NCBI GenBank assembly: GCA_965248435.1
Contig: OZ252100.1
Coordinates: 3,072,001 to 3,136,000, forward strand
DNA from: Candidatus Latescibacterota bacterium
GTDB taxonomy: Bacteria > Latescibacterota > UBA2968 > GCA-2709665
Direction of reading: 5' to 3'
DNA length: 64,000 nucleotides
Position numbers and translations under genes: made by a program. Below are positions 38,784 to 48,803 of this stretch, piece after piece. The notes beneath the pieces are model-generated. The model was not told where the DNA came from. It made no database searches and worked only from the letters and a program-made list of their open reading frames with translations. The number at the start of each line of letters is the position of its first letter. Position 1 is the stretch's first letter.

Positions 38784-39815
38784 TTGAAGCCGTTCTTGAA
38801 GTCCAATGAGATTCTGAAAGATCGGGCGAAGCTTCGGAAGCGCGCGGAGCGGGACGGGTATCTCTTCTTCCGAGGGCTGCTCAAGGAAAAGCCCGTTCAT
38901 CGGGTTAGACGGGATTTCGCGCGTATCCTTCAGAGGCACGGTTGGCTGGATGATGGCACACCCACGACGGACGTGACATCCTCCAATGCAGGGTTCATAG
39001 AAGGATCCAAGGAGTCTCTGCCCGTCTTCTGCGAATTCCAGCGCCTCGAGTCCTTCCACACCTTTGCCCATTCGGCCGAAATCCTCAGCGTGTTGGACGA
39101 CCTGTTTGGAGAGCCGACGTTCGTACACCCGCAGAAGATCGGACGCATCAGTTTTCCCGCCAAATCTAACTACACGACGCCGGCGCATCAGGATTTCGTA
39201 CACATCCAGGGAACAGAGGCCTGCTGGACGGCGTGGATTCCGCTGGGAGACTGCCCGCGGAAACTGGGGGGTCTGGCCGTATTTCCCGGGTCTCAAAGAC
39301 TGGGGCTGCTCACCCTGCGGCGAGCGCTTGGCCCCGGGTCGAGCGGTGTGGACATGAGTAAGCTGGATGGCGAGTGGCGAGGCAGTGATTTTCGTGTGGG
39401 GGATGTGCTTTTCTTCAACAGCTTGACGATTCACAAGGCTATACCGAATACGACGGCCAACCGCGTTCGGCTTTCGGTGGACTACCGTTACCAGGGCATT
39501 TCGCAACCGCTCACCGAAAAGCAGCTTCTGCCGCACTCCGACCGGTTCCCCTGGGGGGTCGTCTACGAAGGGTGGAAGTCGAAGAAGTACCAGTACTACT
39601 GGAAGGATCTGCCCCTCAAAATGGTGTCGAACGATATGGGACTTTACCGGTTCGAAGATGGCGTCACGGACAAGGGGAAGAAGGTCAAGCGGACGTTCAA
39701 CCTGCCTGAGGAGTTGAGCAAGAAGCTCTCAAAACACTGTAAGGAGAGAGAGCAGTATCCGTCCAGGCTGGTCAGAGATCTGCTCAGCGATTATCTCGAG
39801 AAGAACAAGAAGTAG
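38784..39815 (+). CDS. PhyH-family dioxygenase fused to a C-terminal ribbon-helix-helix domain
   Basis: 'DGYLFFRGL', 'TPAHQDF', 'GGLAVFPGS', 'TIHKA.PN....VRLSVDYRYQ'; tail 'KRTFNLPEELSKKLSKHCKEREQYPSRLVRDLLSDYLEK'. Start uncertain (frame open from 38676). Confidence 0.85.
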   Translation: MKPFLKSNEILKDRAKLRKRAERDGYLFFRGLLKEKPVHRVRRDFARILQRHGWLDDGTPTTDVTSSNAGFIEGSKESLPVFCEFQRLESFHTFAHSAEILSVLDDLFGEPTFVHPQKIGRISFPAKSNYTTPAHQDFVHIQGTEACWTAWIPLGDCPRKLGGLAVFPGSQRLGLLTLRRALGPGSSGVDMSKLDGEWRGSDFRVGDVLFFNSLTIHKAIPNTTANRVRLSVDYRYQGISQPLTEKQLLPHSDRFPWGVVYEGWKSKKYQYYWKDLPLKMVSNDMGLYRFEDGVTDKGKKVKRTFNLPEELSKKLSKHCKEREQYPSRLVRDLLSDYLEKNKK

Positions 39816-39930
39816 CCTCCGTCAGTCTTTTCTGGAGAAATTAGTCGAACAAGCCTTACGTCCCTCTTCCCTCTTCCCTCTTTGGGAAGGGGGTGTGTTT
39901 TTTCGTCTCCCTCTTCGAAAGGGTTTATCC

Positions 39931-42468
39931 ATGATCGTCGACAAGAAGCTGCATCCGGAACGTTGGCAGGCGCAGTGGATCTGGGGGCCTGGAGAGTCAG
40001 CGCCAGAAAACACGTACCTCTATTTCCGGAAGACGTTCGAAAGTGATTCAGGGGCGGAGAAGGCTGTCTGTCACGTCACTGGGGACACGAACTATCTGTT
40101 GCACATCAATGGACATCGCATCGGTCGTGGTCCTGTTCACTGCGATCCGCGCTGGCAGTCCTACGATACCTACGATGTGAATGAGTGGATTCGAGACGGG
40201 GAGAACGTCATCGGCCTGATCGGATATCACTATGGGAGTCGGGAGGCGGCGGAGACCGGAAAGATGGCGGTGCATCCGAGTCAGGGCGGCGTTTTTCTCC
40301 AGCTGGAGATGGAGGGTGGAGAAGGAACCGAGATGGTGGTGAGCGACGGGTCTTGGGCGACGAAGATCGCCGATAGCTGGAATCCGTCTCCGAAGTACGA
40401 TGATTTGACCTTTGCAGAGCTTTACGACGCGCGCAGGGAGCCGACCGGCTGGCTCGAGAAGGGTTTTGACGACACGGGTTGGGAGCGCGCGACCCCCCTG
40501 CTTGGGATCAAGAATGCTATGGCAACTCGCGGGATGACATTTCCGTGGGTGCAGATGGAGCCGAGGGACATCCCGTTCCTGCAGGAGACGGTGATTCGGG
40601 CAGCGACGATCCTGGAAGTGGGTGAGGTTTTGGAGCTCAGCGCGGGCAGCAGCGTCGTCGCGGCACGGATGGACAAGGAGGTGATCGTGCCTTCGTCAGA
40701 AACCGGGGTGGAGGGTGCCGAGCACCTGCTCACAGAGGACGGGGTTACGACGGTGCAGCCGTTCGACTGGAACAAGAACTACGACGACTTCGACGGGGTC
40801 TATGATGCGGTGGTGGTGCTGGATATGGGAGAGCTGGTGAATGCGCAGTTCGGGATCGATGTGGAGGGGATTGAAGGAACGATGATCGACATCGGGTACG
40901 CGGAGCGTCTGGTTGGTGGGAAGGTGTCGCCGTTTCACCCGGCGACGAAACGTCAGCACGAGCAGGCGGATCAGTATATTTTGAGAGAGGGTCGTCAGAC
41001 CTGGCGGACGTTCGACTGGCGATACTTCCAGTATGTGCAGCTGACGTTTCGGAACGTGAGGGCGCCGCTGAAGATCCACGACGTGAGGTTCACGCGGATC
41101 GAGTATCCGAGCGGGGACCGGGGATCGTTTTCCTGCAGCGATCCGCTGCTGAACTGGGCCTGGGAGGCGGGGGTGCGGACATCGAAGCTGTGTATGACGG
41201 ATCGATTTATGGACGCACCGAACAGAGAGCGCCGACAGCACATCACGGATGTGACGACGGTCCTGCCGGTGAACTTCGCCGCCTTCGGGGATCTGGACAT
41301 TCACCACCGGTATCTCCGCGTCGTATCTCAGAGCCAGAGTGAGTACGGGCTCATCCACAACGCGAACCCGGGCCAGGGGCCTGAAGCCACACCGATGGTG
41401 GACGGCGCCTATCCGTTTTTTGAGCGGATCTGGCAGCAGTACGAATGTTATGGGAATGTGGATCATCTAAAAGAGCTGTTCCCCAGGCTGCACGCTCACG
41501 TGGAGTGGCTGCGCCGATACGCGAGAGAGGATGGCCTACAAGGCGAGCCTCCGACTATGATCTTCTTCGATCAGGCCGATATCGACCGGAAGGGAATCAA
41601 CCTTTGTATGAACGCCTTCTACGCGCGCGCGTTGGACCTTGTGGGGAGAATGGCTGGCGTCGTGGGTCGTGAAGATGTGGCCAAGACCTACCGTGAGGAA
41701 CACAAAGCGATCAAGCCGGTCCTGAATTCAGCGTTTTGGGATGAGTCGCGCGGTGTGTTCGTGGACAATATTATTGACGGCAAACAATCGGAACATATCA
41801 GCGAGCACGCCAACATGCTGATGATCCTGTTCGGATATGCAGACCCCGAACAGACTTCACGTGCGCTTCGGTACATCGAGGAGCGGAGATCCACACTTGA
41901 AGTCGGGCAAATTGAGTCGCTGTTCTTCATCTGGGCGGGAGAGGCCCTTTTCGGAATTGGGGAGACGCAACGGGCGCTAGATATGATGCGTACGCGCTAC
42001 GGGCGGATGCATCGCGCGGGTCTGAAGACGACGGGTGAAATGTGGAGCCTCCACGGAAGCCGGGACAGGGGTGGTGAGTGGCGAAGCAGATCGAGGCGGT
42101 GCGCGGCGCATTCGGGTGCCACGAGCCCGCCATACCTGCTGAGCCGGTTTGTGCTGGGCGTCAGTCCTGCGCAACCCGGGTTTGGGAAGGTAGAGATCGC
42201 GCCGCAGGTCGCAGATCTCAAGTGGGCAAAGGGATGCTGGCCTGCCCCGCAGGGTGACATTCTGGTTGACTGGAGCATCGAGGATGGCGCGTTTGTCCTG
42301 CGGTGCGAATTACCGCCGGGAGTAGAGGGAGAAGTAGTGCTGCCACCCGAGGTGCGTGCCCTCGGAGGTCGTGTTGAAGTCGACCGCAGCGGAACCGTGG
42401 AAGAAGCAAGTTCTGAGGAGCGCATAAGGGTGACGGGAGGCGTGCGACTGAAGCTGGAGGCGCGGTGA
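39931..42468 (+). CDS. GH78 alpha-L-rhamnosidase-like glycoside hydrolase
   Basis: 'AQWIW', 'YFRKTF', 'Y.L.ING..IGRGP', 'GSFSCSDPLLN', 'MDAPNRER', 'TTGEMW', C-terminal 'P.PGF...IAP...L.WAKG..P.PQG.I.VDW'. Confidence 0.85.
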   Translation: MIVDKKLHPERWQAQWIWGPGESAPENTYLYFRKTFESDSGAEKAVCHVTGDTNYLLHINGHRIGRGPVHCDPRWQSYDTYDVNEWIRDGENVIGLIGYHYGSREAAETGKMAVHPSQGGVFLQLEMEGGEGTEMVVSDGSWATKIADSWNPSPKYDDLTFAELYDARREPTGWLEKGFDDTGWERATPLLGIKNAMATRGMTFPWVQMEPRDIPFLQETVIRAATILEVGEVLELSAGSSVVAARMDKEVIVPSSETGVEGAEHLLTEDGVTTVQPFDWNKNYDDFDGVYDAVVVLDMGELVNAQFGIDVEGIEGTMIDIGYAERLVGGKVSPFHPATKRQHEQADQYILREGRQTWRTFDWRYFQYVQLTFRNVRAPLKIHDVRFTRIEYPSGDRGSFSCSDPLLNWAWEAGVRTSKLCMTDRFMDAPNRERRQHITDVTTVLPVNFAAFGDLDIHHRYLRVVSQSQSEYGLIHNANPGQGPEATPMVDGAYPFFERIWQQYECYGNVDHLKELFPRLHAHVEWLRRYAREDGLQGEPPTMIFFDQADIDRKGINLCMNAFYARALDLVGRMAGVVGREDVAKTYREEHKAIKPVLNSAFWDESRGVFVDNIIDGKQSEHISEHANMLMILFGYADPEQTSRALRYIEERRSTLEVGQIESLFFIWAGEALFGIGETQRALDMMRTRYGRMHRAGLKTTGEMWSLHGSRDRGGEWRSRSRRCAAHSGATSPPYLLSRFVLGVSPAQPGFGKVEIAPQVADLKWAKGCWPAPQGDILVDWSIEDGAFVLRCELPPGVEGEVVLPPEVRALGGRVEVDRSGTVEEASSEERIRVTGGVRLKLEAR

Positions 42469-42625
42469 GTATGCTGCAGACGTCCAAATTGGGCCCCGGA
42501 ACGGAAAAAGAGGTTGCTGGGGATTTTGGACTGGTGTATCTTGCATACTCGGAACTTTTTGATCTTGTGATAGTTAGAGCTTTTCAGAGAACAGAATCCG
42601 GAACTTCCCGAAGGGGGGAACGTCC

Positions 42626-43489
42626 TTGAGAATAAGAGAGAAAATGCTGATCGTCGTCTGCATAATCGGCGCGGGTGCTTGTCAGGATCAGCCAAGTGAG
42701 GTGGTCGTCGCGACGGTTGGCAGGGAACGATTGACGCTTCGCGATATCGAGTCGCGCATTCCTCTGCAGCTTGCGGAGAGGATTACGATTCAAGAGAAGC
42801 GTCTTATGGCGCAGAAATGGATCGAGGACGAACTTCTCTACGGCGAAGCGAAGAAACAGAAATTGGACGCTGATCCGAGGGTGGCGGATCGGATCGCGAC
42901 AGCGGCTCAAGACATCCTGATCGCCGAGCTCCTCGACCGGGAGTTCAGAAAGAACACGGAAGTTTTCAACGACGAAATCGGTGCCTACTATGAAACCCAT
43001 CGGGAAGAATTTATCCGCGAACAGCCTGAAATACGGGCGAGGCACATCCTGGTTCGCAGTCGGAGCGACCAGGAACGTGTAAGGAAAGACCTTCGCAAAG
43101 GCCAGCTTTTCGATCAGATGGCGCGCGAGTGGTCGATTGACGCCTCTGCAGAAGATGGTGGGGACCTCGGCTATTTCACCGAGGAGATGGTGGACCTCTC
43201 ATTCTGGGAGGCGTGTGTCAAGGCAAAGCCCGGTCGACGCCTGCCCACCACGACGCGGCTGGGACATCACATCATCGAAGTACTGGACAAACGAGAGGGT
43301 GGTTCTGCCAAGGACCTGCTGGAAGTGAGGGAAGAGATTCGTCAGCGCATCCTTGCCGATCGAAGACAGGCCAGGCGGAACGAGCTGCTGGAATGGCTTC
43401 GTGCTCAGACTCCGTGGTCGATCGATGCGGAGGTACTACAGAGGACCGAAGCGGTTCAGCAAGGCGATGAATTTGCCACAGGGAGTTGA
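42626..43489 (+). CDS. PpiC-type peptidyl-prolyl isomerase, probable lipoprotein
   Basis: Signal peptide ending 'AGAC'; 'RARHILV', 'S.D.SAEDGGDLGYF', 'GHHII'. Confidence 0.85.
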   Translation: MRIREKMLIVVCIIGAGACQDQPSEVVVATVGRERLTLRDIESRIPLQLAERITIQEKRLMAQKWIEDELLYGEAKKQKLDADPRVADRIATAAQDILIAELLDREFRKNTEVFNDEIGAYYETHREEFIREQPEIRARHILVRSRSDQERVRKDLRKGQLFDQMAREWSIDASAEDGGDLGYFTEEMVDLSFWEACVKAKPGRRLPTTTRLGHHIIEVLDKREGGSAKDLLEVREEIRQRILADRRQARRNELLEWLRAQTPWSIDAEVLQRTEAVQQGDEFATGS

Positions 43490-43490
43490 T

Positions 43491-44756
43491 ATGCGTTCAG
43501 GGCTGCTGAAAACGTACTTCAGTATCGTCTTTCTGGTGTTTGGGGTCGTGACCGTGGATGCCGAGCCCCAACTCGTAGACCGAATCGTGGCGGTTATCGA
43601 TGAAGAGATTGTCCTTCACTCTGATGTTATGCAGCGTCTGGCCTTAACGGCGATGCAGCGGGGGGTTGACCCCAGAGAGATTCCCGAGGCGGAGGCTGAA
43701 GCGCTCTACAAGGCGATCCTTGAGAACCTGGTTCAGGAAAACCTGCTTCTTGCAAAGGCAAGAGAGGACAGCATCGAGGTAGACGAGGAGCAGATTGACG
43801 AGGCCGTTTACGGGCGAATGAGTCAAATTCGGGGCCAACTCGGTGAAGAGGCGCTTGAAGCACAGCTTCGGGCGGAAGGACTGACCGCTAAAGACCTGCG
43901 GGACCAATTCAGACAAAACTTCGAGAGTGAGTATCTAAGCCAGCAGGTGATGTCCAGGTTGGGTGGGGAAGTCCAGATTTCCTACAAGGATGTGGAGGAT
44001 TTCAGGACTCGATACCAGGACGAGATTCCGCCCATGGTCGGCGTGAGCCACATTCTGATCGAAGCAAGGCCCTCTGAAGAGCGAGACGCCATCGCATTGA
44101 AGAAGGCCGCGGATCTATTGGAACGGATACGGAAGGGGGAGGATTTCGGAGAACTGGCAAGACAGTTTTCGGAGGACCAAGGAAGTGCCTCCTCGGGTGG
44201 GGATCTGGGTTTCTTTTCGAGGGGTCAGTTTCTACCCGAGTTCGAAGAGGCTGCATTTTCGCTCAAGCCGGGCGAGGTCAGCAGCCCGGTCAGAACGGAT
44301 TTCGGGCACCACATCATTCGCGTGGATGCCGTTTCAGGTCGCGAAATCAAGGCCAGGCACATTCTGATCTCTGTGAGGGCGACCGAAGCCGACAAGGCGG
44401 TTGCCTACCAACGTGCTCTGAGCTTCTACACGAGCATTCAGGAAGGTAAAGATTATTCAGAATTGGCCAGGGAACATTCGGCCCACAAGGAGACGGCAGA
44501 GCTCGGTGGCCATCTCGGGATTCGTAGTTTAGACGAACTTCCTCCTGCCTTTGCAGAGACCATTTTGAAGATGAAGCTTGGAGAGGTCAGCACTCCTGTT
44601 GTGACCGAGTTCGGCTGGCACCTGGTTAGGTTGGACAACGATCGTGAGGTGATCGAGGAGATTGTCAGCAGGTTGAAGCTCGCCGAACTCTTCCAGAACG
44701 TACTCGGCGAGCTCAGGGAAAAACTGTACGTAGATGTGCGATTCTCGAAGCTGTAG
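43491..44756 (+). CDS. surA: SurA-like periplasmic chaperone / peptidyl-prolyl isomerase
   Basis: 'VDRIVAVIDEEIVL.SD' SurA N-domain and two parvulin domains ('SHILI..GGDLG..FG.HII'). Confidence 0.85.
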   Translation: MRSGLLKTYFSIVFLVFGVVTVDAEPQLVDRIVAVIDEEIVLHSDVMQRLALTAMQRGVDPREIPEAEAEALYKAILENLVQENLLLAKAREDSIEVDEEQIDEAVYGRMSQIRGQLGEEALEAQLRAEGLTAKDLRDQFRQNFESEYLSQQVMSRLGGEVQISYKDVEDFRTRYQDEIPPMVGVSHILIEARPSEERDAIALKKAADLLERIRKGEDFGELARQFSEDQGSASSGGDLGFFSRGQFLPEFEEAAFSLKPGEVSSPVRTDFGHHIIRVDAVSGREIKARHILISVRATEADKAVAYQRALSFYTSIQEGKDYSELAREHSAHKETAELGGHLGIRSLDELPPAFAETILKMKLGEVSTPVVTEFGWHLVRLDNDREVIEEIVSRLKLAELFQNVLGELREKLYVDVRFSKL

Positions 44757-44786
44757 CCGAACTCCACGCCCGAAGCCTGATCAACT

Positions 44787-45059
44787 ATGCGTTTGGATCT
44801 GTTTTTGAAGAGATGCTGCCTAACCCGGCGACGGTCCGAGGCGAAACAGGCGTGCGATAACGGGATCGTTACGATCGACGATCGGCCTGCGAAGGCGAGC
44901 CGAGTCGTAAAGCCCGGAAACAGGATTGGCTTAGCGTTTACAGATCGATACCTGGAAGTAGAGGTCCTCACACTTCCGAGAGGGAATGTTTCGAAGACTG
45001 TGGCACGAACACATTTTCGGGTGATTCAGGACGAGGCCCGAGAACTGGACGAATTTTGA
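44787..45059 (+). CDS. S4-domain RNA-binding protein (RqcP/YabO or Hsp15-like)
   Basis: 'MRLDLFLK...RRRSEAKQAC..G.V......AKAS..VKPG'. Confidence 0.85.
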   Translation: MRLDLFLKRCCLTRRRSEAKQACDNGIVTIDDRPAKASRVVKPGNRIGLAFTDRYLEVEVLTLPRGNVSKTVARTHFRVIQDEARELDEF

Positions 45060-45172
45060 AATTGAACTAGACTTAGCATGGGTCATCGCAAAGTAAAGAG
45101 GAGAGTAAGGGGTCCAGCCGCGGGCTGGCCATTTTTCTTGGACGCCTCGGTGATCCTTCACCTTGACGTGAT

Positions 45173-45937
45173 ATGCCGAAGCGTAAGCAGATAAAGTCTG
45201 TCCCCCCCTACAGAAGTTTGGCGTCTATCTACGACGAAGTGATGCAGCATGTCGACTACGTGGAGTGGGCAGACTATATAGAATCTGTTTTTGACAGGCA
45301 CAAGTTGCATCCTGAGCGGCTGCTGGATCTTTCCTGTGGAACGGGAACCCTGGCCGTCCTTCTGAAACGGCGGGGTTATCGGATGGCAGGGGCAGATGCA
45401 AGTGCGGACATGCTCCTTGTTGCGAGGGAGAAGGCGGAGCACGCGGGCCAAGATATTCCTTTCTTCTGCAAAGATATGCGTCGACTCGATGGGCTGCCGA
45501 AGTTTGAGGCGGTCCTTTGTCTTTACGATAGTATTAATTACCTTATGACGCTGGATGATGTGGCCGGGGCCCTTGATGCGGTCCGGGGCGTGCTGGAGCC
45601 AGGTGGCCTTTTCGTTTTCGATATTTGCACTGAGACGAACTCTCTTAAGTATTTCCGGGATATGACAGACAAGGGACAGGGAGACGGTTTTCTCTATACC
45701 CGGCACAGCTACTATGAAGAGGGTGTCCAATTCAACAGATTCGACATCCAATTTTCAGATTCGAACGAGGCGATTTCCGAAACGCACCAACAGAGGATCT
45801 ACTCGGTTCCTGACATCGAACAAGCGCTCAACGGCTCCGCCTTTCAAATTGAGGGGGCGTATGACGGGTTTGGTTTTTCACCGCCCACGAATCGCACGGA
45901 TCGACTGCATTTCGTGTTGAGAGCCCAGAGTCCCTGA
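45173..45937 (+). CDS. Class I SAM-dependent methyltransferase
   Basis: 'YD..M..VDY..W', motif I 'LDLSCGTG', 'DSINYL', 'L.PGGLFVFD'. Confidence 0.88.
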   Translation: MPKRKQIKSVPPYRSLASIYDEVMQHVDYVEWADYIESVFDRHKLHPERLLDLSCGTGTLAVLLKRRGYRMAGADASADMLLVAREKAEHAGQDIPFFCKDMRRLDGLPKFEAVLCLYDSINYLMTLDDVAGALDAVRGVLEPGGLFVFDICTETNSLKYFRDMTDKGQGDGFLYTRHSYYEEGVQFNRFDIQFSDSNEAISETHQQRIYSVPDIEQALNGSAFQIEGAYDGFGFSPPTNRTDRLHFVLRAQSP

Positions 45938-45997
45938 GTGGATCACGAAAGAGCACGAAACCCCATCCGGATTCAGTAGGACGGTGGGTCACAGAAG

Positions 45998-46675
45998 ATG
46001 ATAGAGTTTCGTCACGTTTGGGTGGAACGACAGGGCAGACAGATCCTCGCAGACGTGAATTTCGAGGTGGACCGGGGGGAGTTCGTCTACCTGCTCGGTC
46101 CAACCGGGGCGGGAAAGAGCACTGTCCTGAATCTCATTCTTTATGAAGAGTCTCCCACCCGAGGGAACGTATTCGTTGGGGATTACGATTCTGCTACGAT
46201 CGAAGAGCGGAATATCCCGCTTCTTAGACGACGAGTGGGCGTGATCTTTCAGGATTACAAACTTCTTCGTGACCGGACGGTTTTTGAGAACGTGGCGATC
46301 GGCCTGGAGGTGATCGGACGGCGTCCCTCGGCCATCAAGCAGCGGACGCTCGAATTGCTTTCAGAGTTGGATCTAATACACAAAAGGACATCTTACCCCG
46401 AGTCTCTCTCCGGAGGAGAACAGCAACGTGTGGCCACCGCCAGGGCGCTTGTGAACGAACCTGCGATCCTGCTGGCCGACGAACCGACGGCCAACCAGGA
46501 TCCTGAAAGTACAGATCGGGCGATGGAAATTCTCGCGGACGTCAACGGACGAGGAACTGCGATCGTAATGGCCACTCACGACTCAGCTCTGGTGGGTCGA
46601 TTTTCACGTCGTACCCTCTACTTACACGGAGGCAGATTGGAATCTTCGGGTGTGGACGTGCAAGCTCGAATTTAA
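45998..46675 (+). CDS. ftsE: Cell division ATP-binding protein FtsE
   Basis: 'GPTGAGKST', 'LRRRVGVIFQDYKLL', 'LSGGEQQRV', 'ADEPT', 'ATHD'. Confidence 0.9.
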   Translation: MIEFRHVWVERQGRQILADVNFEVDRGEFVYLLGPTGAGKSTVLNLILYEESPTRGNVFVGDYDSATIEERNIPLLRRRVGVIFQDYKLLRDRTVFENVAIGLEVIGRRPSAIKQRTLELLSELDLIHKRTSYPESLSGGEQQRVATARALVNEPAILLADEPTANQDPESTDRAMEILADVNGRGTAIVMATHDSALVGRFSRRTLYLHGGRLESSGVDVQARI

Positions 46676-46701
46676 GGTTTGGAGTATTTCGGGGTCGATT
46701 C

Positions 46702-47577
46702 ATGGTTCTATTTCGGATGTTTCAAGAGGCGTTTCGGGGGTTCTCACGGACCGGAGTCGTAAGTGCGATTTCCGTCCTGACGACGGCCGCCTCGCTTCTC
46801 GTTCTTGGATTGTTCGTTCAGGCCGCCGCGGGTGGCTATACCCTAGCTCAAACGCTCCGTGGACGCGTAGAAGTAGACGTCTACCTGAAAGATGGAGTGA
46901 GCAGAAGAAATGCCCTGGCTCTCGCACAGGAGTTCGAGGAGATGGAAGGGGTCGCTGAGGCTCGATATGTTGATCAGGCGGAGGCCGCAGCCGAGTTTAG
47001 GACAATGTTCGGAGGCGATCTGCTGAACGTGATTTCTCGCAACCCTATGCCCGCTTCGGTCCGCGTGAGGCTGACTGAGGACGGAAATGTATCCTCTCGG
47101 GCTCGCTCCGTCGCAGCCTCCGTAGAAGGACGTCGATGGGTCGAAAGTGTCGACGAAGGCAGATCCTGGACAGGCCTTCTGGACCGCGCAGTCGAAGCGA
47201 CTGCCGAAATCGCTGTTCTTCTGGGATCCGTACTCTGCCTGGCCTGCATCTTTGCGGTTGGAAACAGTTCAAAAATCATGATCCTCACGCAGTGGGAGGC
47301 AATTGAGGTGATGCGAATCGTCGGGGCGACCAGGCGTTTCATCCGTATGACATTCCTTTTGAGCGGCGCGATTCTGGGCTGTGCCGGAGGTCTGATCGCC
47401 GGTGTCGCCCTATGGTTCAGCTCAGACTGGTGGGTGTCCTGGATACCCGACTTGAAGCCGTTCTCGCCGGTCTATTCCGGGCTTGGCGTTGTCGGACTTG
47501 GTGCGCTTCTGGGCACGCTCGGGAGTTGGACATCTTTGAACCGCGTGCTGAATGCCGTAAGCTGGAAGTCGGGTTGA
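46702..47577 (+). CDS. ftsX: Cell division permease FtsX
   Basis: Four TM helices; 'NPMPAS', 'IEVMRIVGAT..FIR..F'; follows ftsE. Confidence 0.88.
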   Translation: MVLFRMFQEAFRGFSRTGVVSAISVLTTAASLLVLGLFVQAAAGGYTLAQTLRGRVEVDVYLKDGVSRRNALALAQEFEEMEGVAEARYVDQAEAAAEFRTMFGGDLLNVISRNPMPASVRVRLTEDGNVSSRARSVAASVEGRRWVESVDEGRSWTGLLDRAVEATAEIAVLLGSVLCLACIFAVGNSSKIMILTQWEAIEVMRIVGATRRFIRMTFLLSGAILGCAGGLIAGVALWFSSDWWVSWIPDLKPFSPVYSGLGVVGLGALLGTLGSWTSLNRVLNAVSWKSG

Positions 47578-47580
47578 AAC

Positions 47581-48780
47581 TTGTCGACGCATCATTACAC
47601 CTTGTTGGCAGCCCTTTTCGTTTTGCTTCCCGCTGGTGAGCGGACCTACGGGATGGATGACCTGGAGCGGGCTTTGAAGGCAGAGCAAGAGGCGCTCGAC
47701 AGCTTGAAAATAGAATTGGAGACAGACCGGAAGCGCCTCGAGCGGAAGTCGGTCCAGAGACAGTCTGTGAACGAGGCCTTAAACCGATCGGAGCAGGAGG
47801 TCCTCCAGATCAGAGGAGAACTTCGAAACCTTGCCCGTCGGGAGAAGGTCCTTGCCGGGCGAGTCGGGGCGACCAGGGAAGAACTGGCGGCCGTCGAGGG
47901 AAGACTCAGGGCCAGAGAAGATGGTATGGCACTCCGCCTTCGCGAGATTTACAAATTGGCGAGGGGGGGCAAGATGCAGGTTCTTTTTTCTGGCGATTCG
48001 TTTGCGGATGCCCCTAGACGTCTGAAGTATTTGTCCAGCATCGCGCGACAGGACCAGCGGGACTATCATTCGATCCGTGAAGATCGCAGGAGAATTTCCA
48101 AGGTGCTTGCGTTGCACCGGGCGCAGTTTGGACATCAGCGACGCCTTATAGAAGGGAAGAGGGAGAGGGATACCGCGTTCAGACAGCGGATGACCGAACA
48201 TACAAGAAATCTGGATCAGCTTCGGGCGGACGAAGTTTCGATGGCCCAGGCCATCAAGGAGCGAGAGAAAGCGCTTGCCCGTGCAGAGGAAAAGTTCAAG
48301 CGATTGATCCAGGAGATGGAAACCCGCAGGAGGCTTGGTCAACGACTCGCCGAACTGCCTGCTTTCGATTTCGCGGCGCATCAAGGTCGCCTGCCCGCTC
48401 CGGTTGAGGGCAAGGTGATCGCCAGCTACGGCCGCCAACAAAATGCCAAGCTCAAGACGTGGACCTTTAACCGGGGAATAAATCTCGCCGCGCCGGAAGG
48501 AACGGAAGTCAAGGCAGTGGCTCCCGGTGAAGTCGTGCTGATAGATTGGTTTCCGGGGTACGGGCAGTTCGTGCTTCTCCGGCATCCTGGCGGGTTCTAT
48601 TCATTATATGGCCACCTCAGCCGCGTGCTGGCCAGCGATGGAGATATTCTTGCAGGGGGGGCAGCCGTTGGTGCTGTGGGCGATACCGGGCGTCTGGACG
48701 GCATTCCACAACTCCACTTTGAAATCATGCGCGGCGAAGACCCGCTGGATCCAGCTGCCTGGTTAGTCATACAAAACTAG
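47581..48780 (+). CDS. envC: EnvC-like murein hydrolase activator (coiled coil plus degenerate M23 domain)
   Basis: Signal peptide, long coiled coil, LytM domain lacking full Zn motifs ('NRGINL', 'QLHFE'); follows ftsEX. Confidence 0.8.
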   Translation: MSTHHYTLLAALFVLLPAGERTYGMDDLERALKAEQEALDSLKIELETDRKRLERKSVQRQSVNEALNRSEQEVLQIRGELRNLARREKVLAGRVGATREELAAVEGRLRAREDGMALRLREIYKLARGGKMQVLFSGDSFADAPRRLKYLSSIARQDQRDYHSIREDRRRISKVLALHRAQFGHQRRLIEGKRERDTAFRQRMTEHTRNLDQLRADEVSMAQAIKEREKALARAEEKFKRLIQEMETRRRLGQRLAELPAFDFAAHQGRLPAPVEGKVIASYGRQQNAKLKTWTFNRGINLAAPEGTEVKAVAPGEVVLIDWFPGYGQFVLLRHPGGFYSLYGHLSRVLASDGDILAGGAAVGAVGDTGRLDGIPQLHFEIMRGEDPLDPAAWLVIQN

Positions 48781-48803
48781 CGTCTGTCAAAGGGTAGGGC
48801 TGC

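Noticed and set aside
39860-39925. CCCTCTT / GGGAAGGGGG low-complexity palindromic tract before GH78
   Set aside because: Too degenerate to call as a terminator or repeat family from this window alone.
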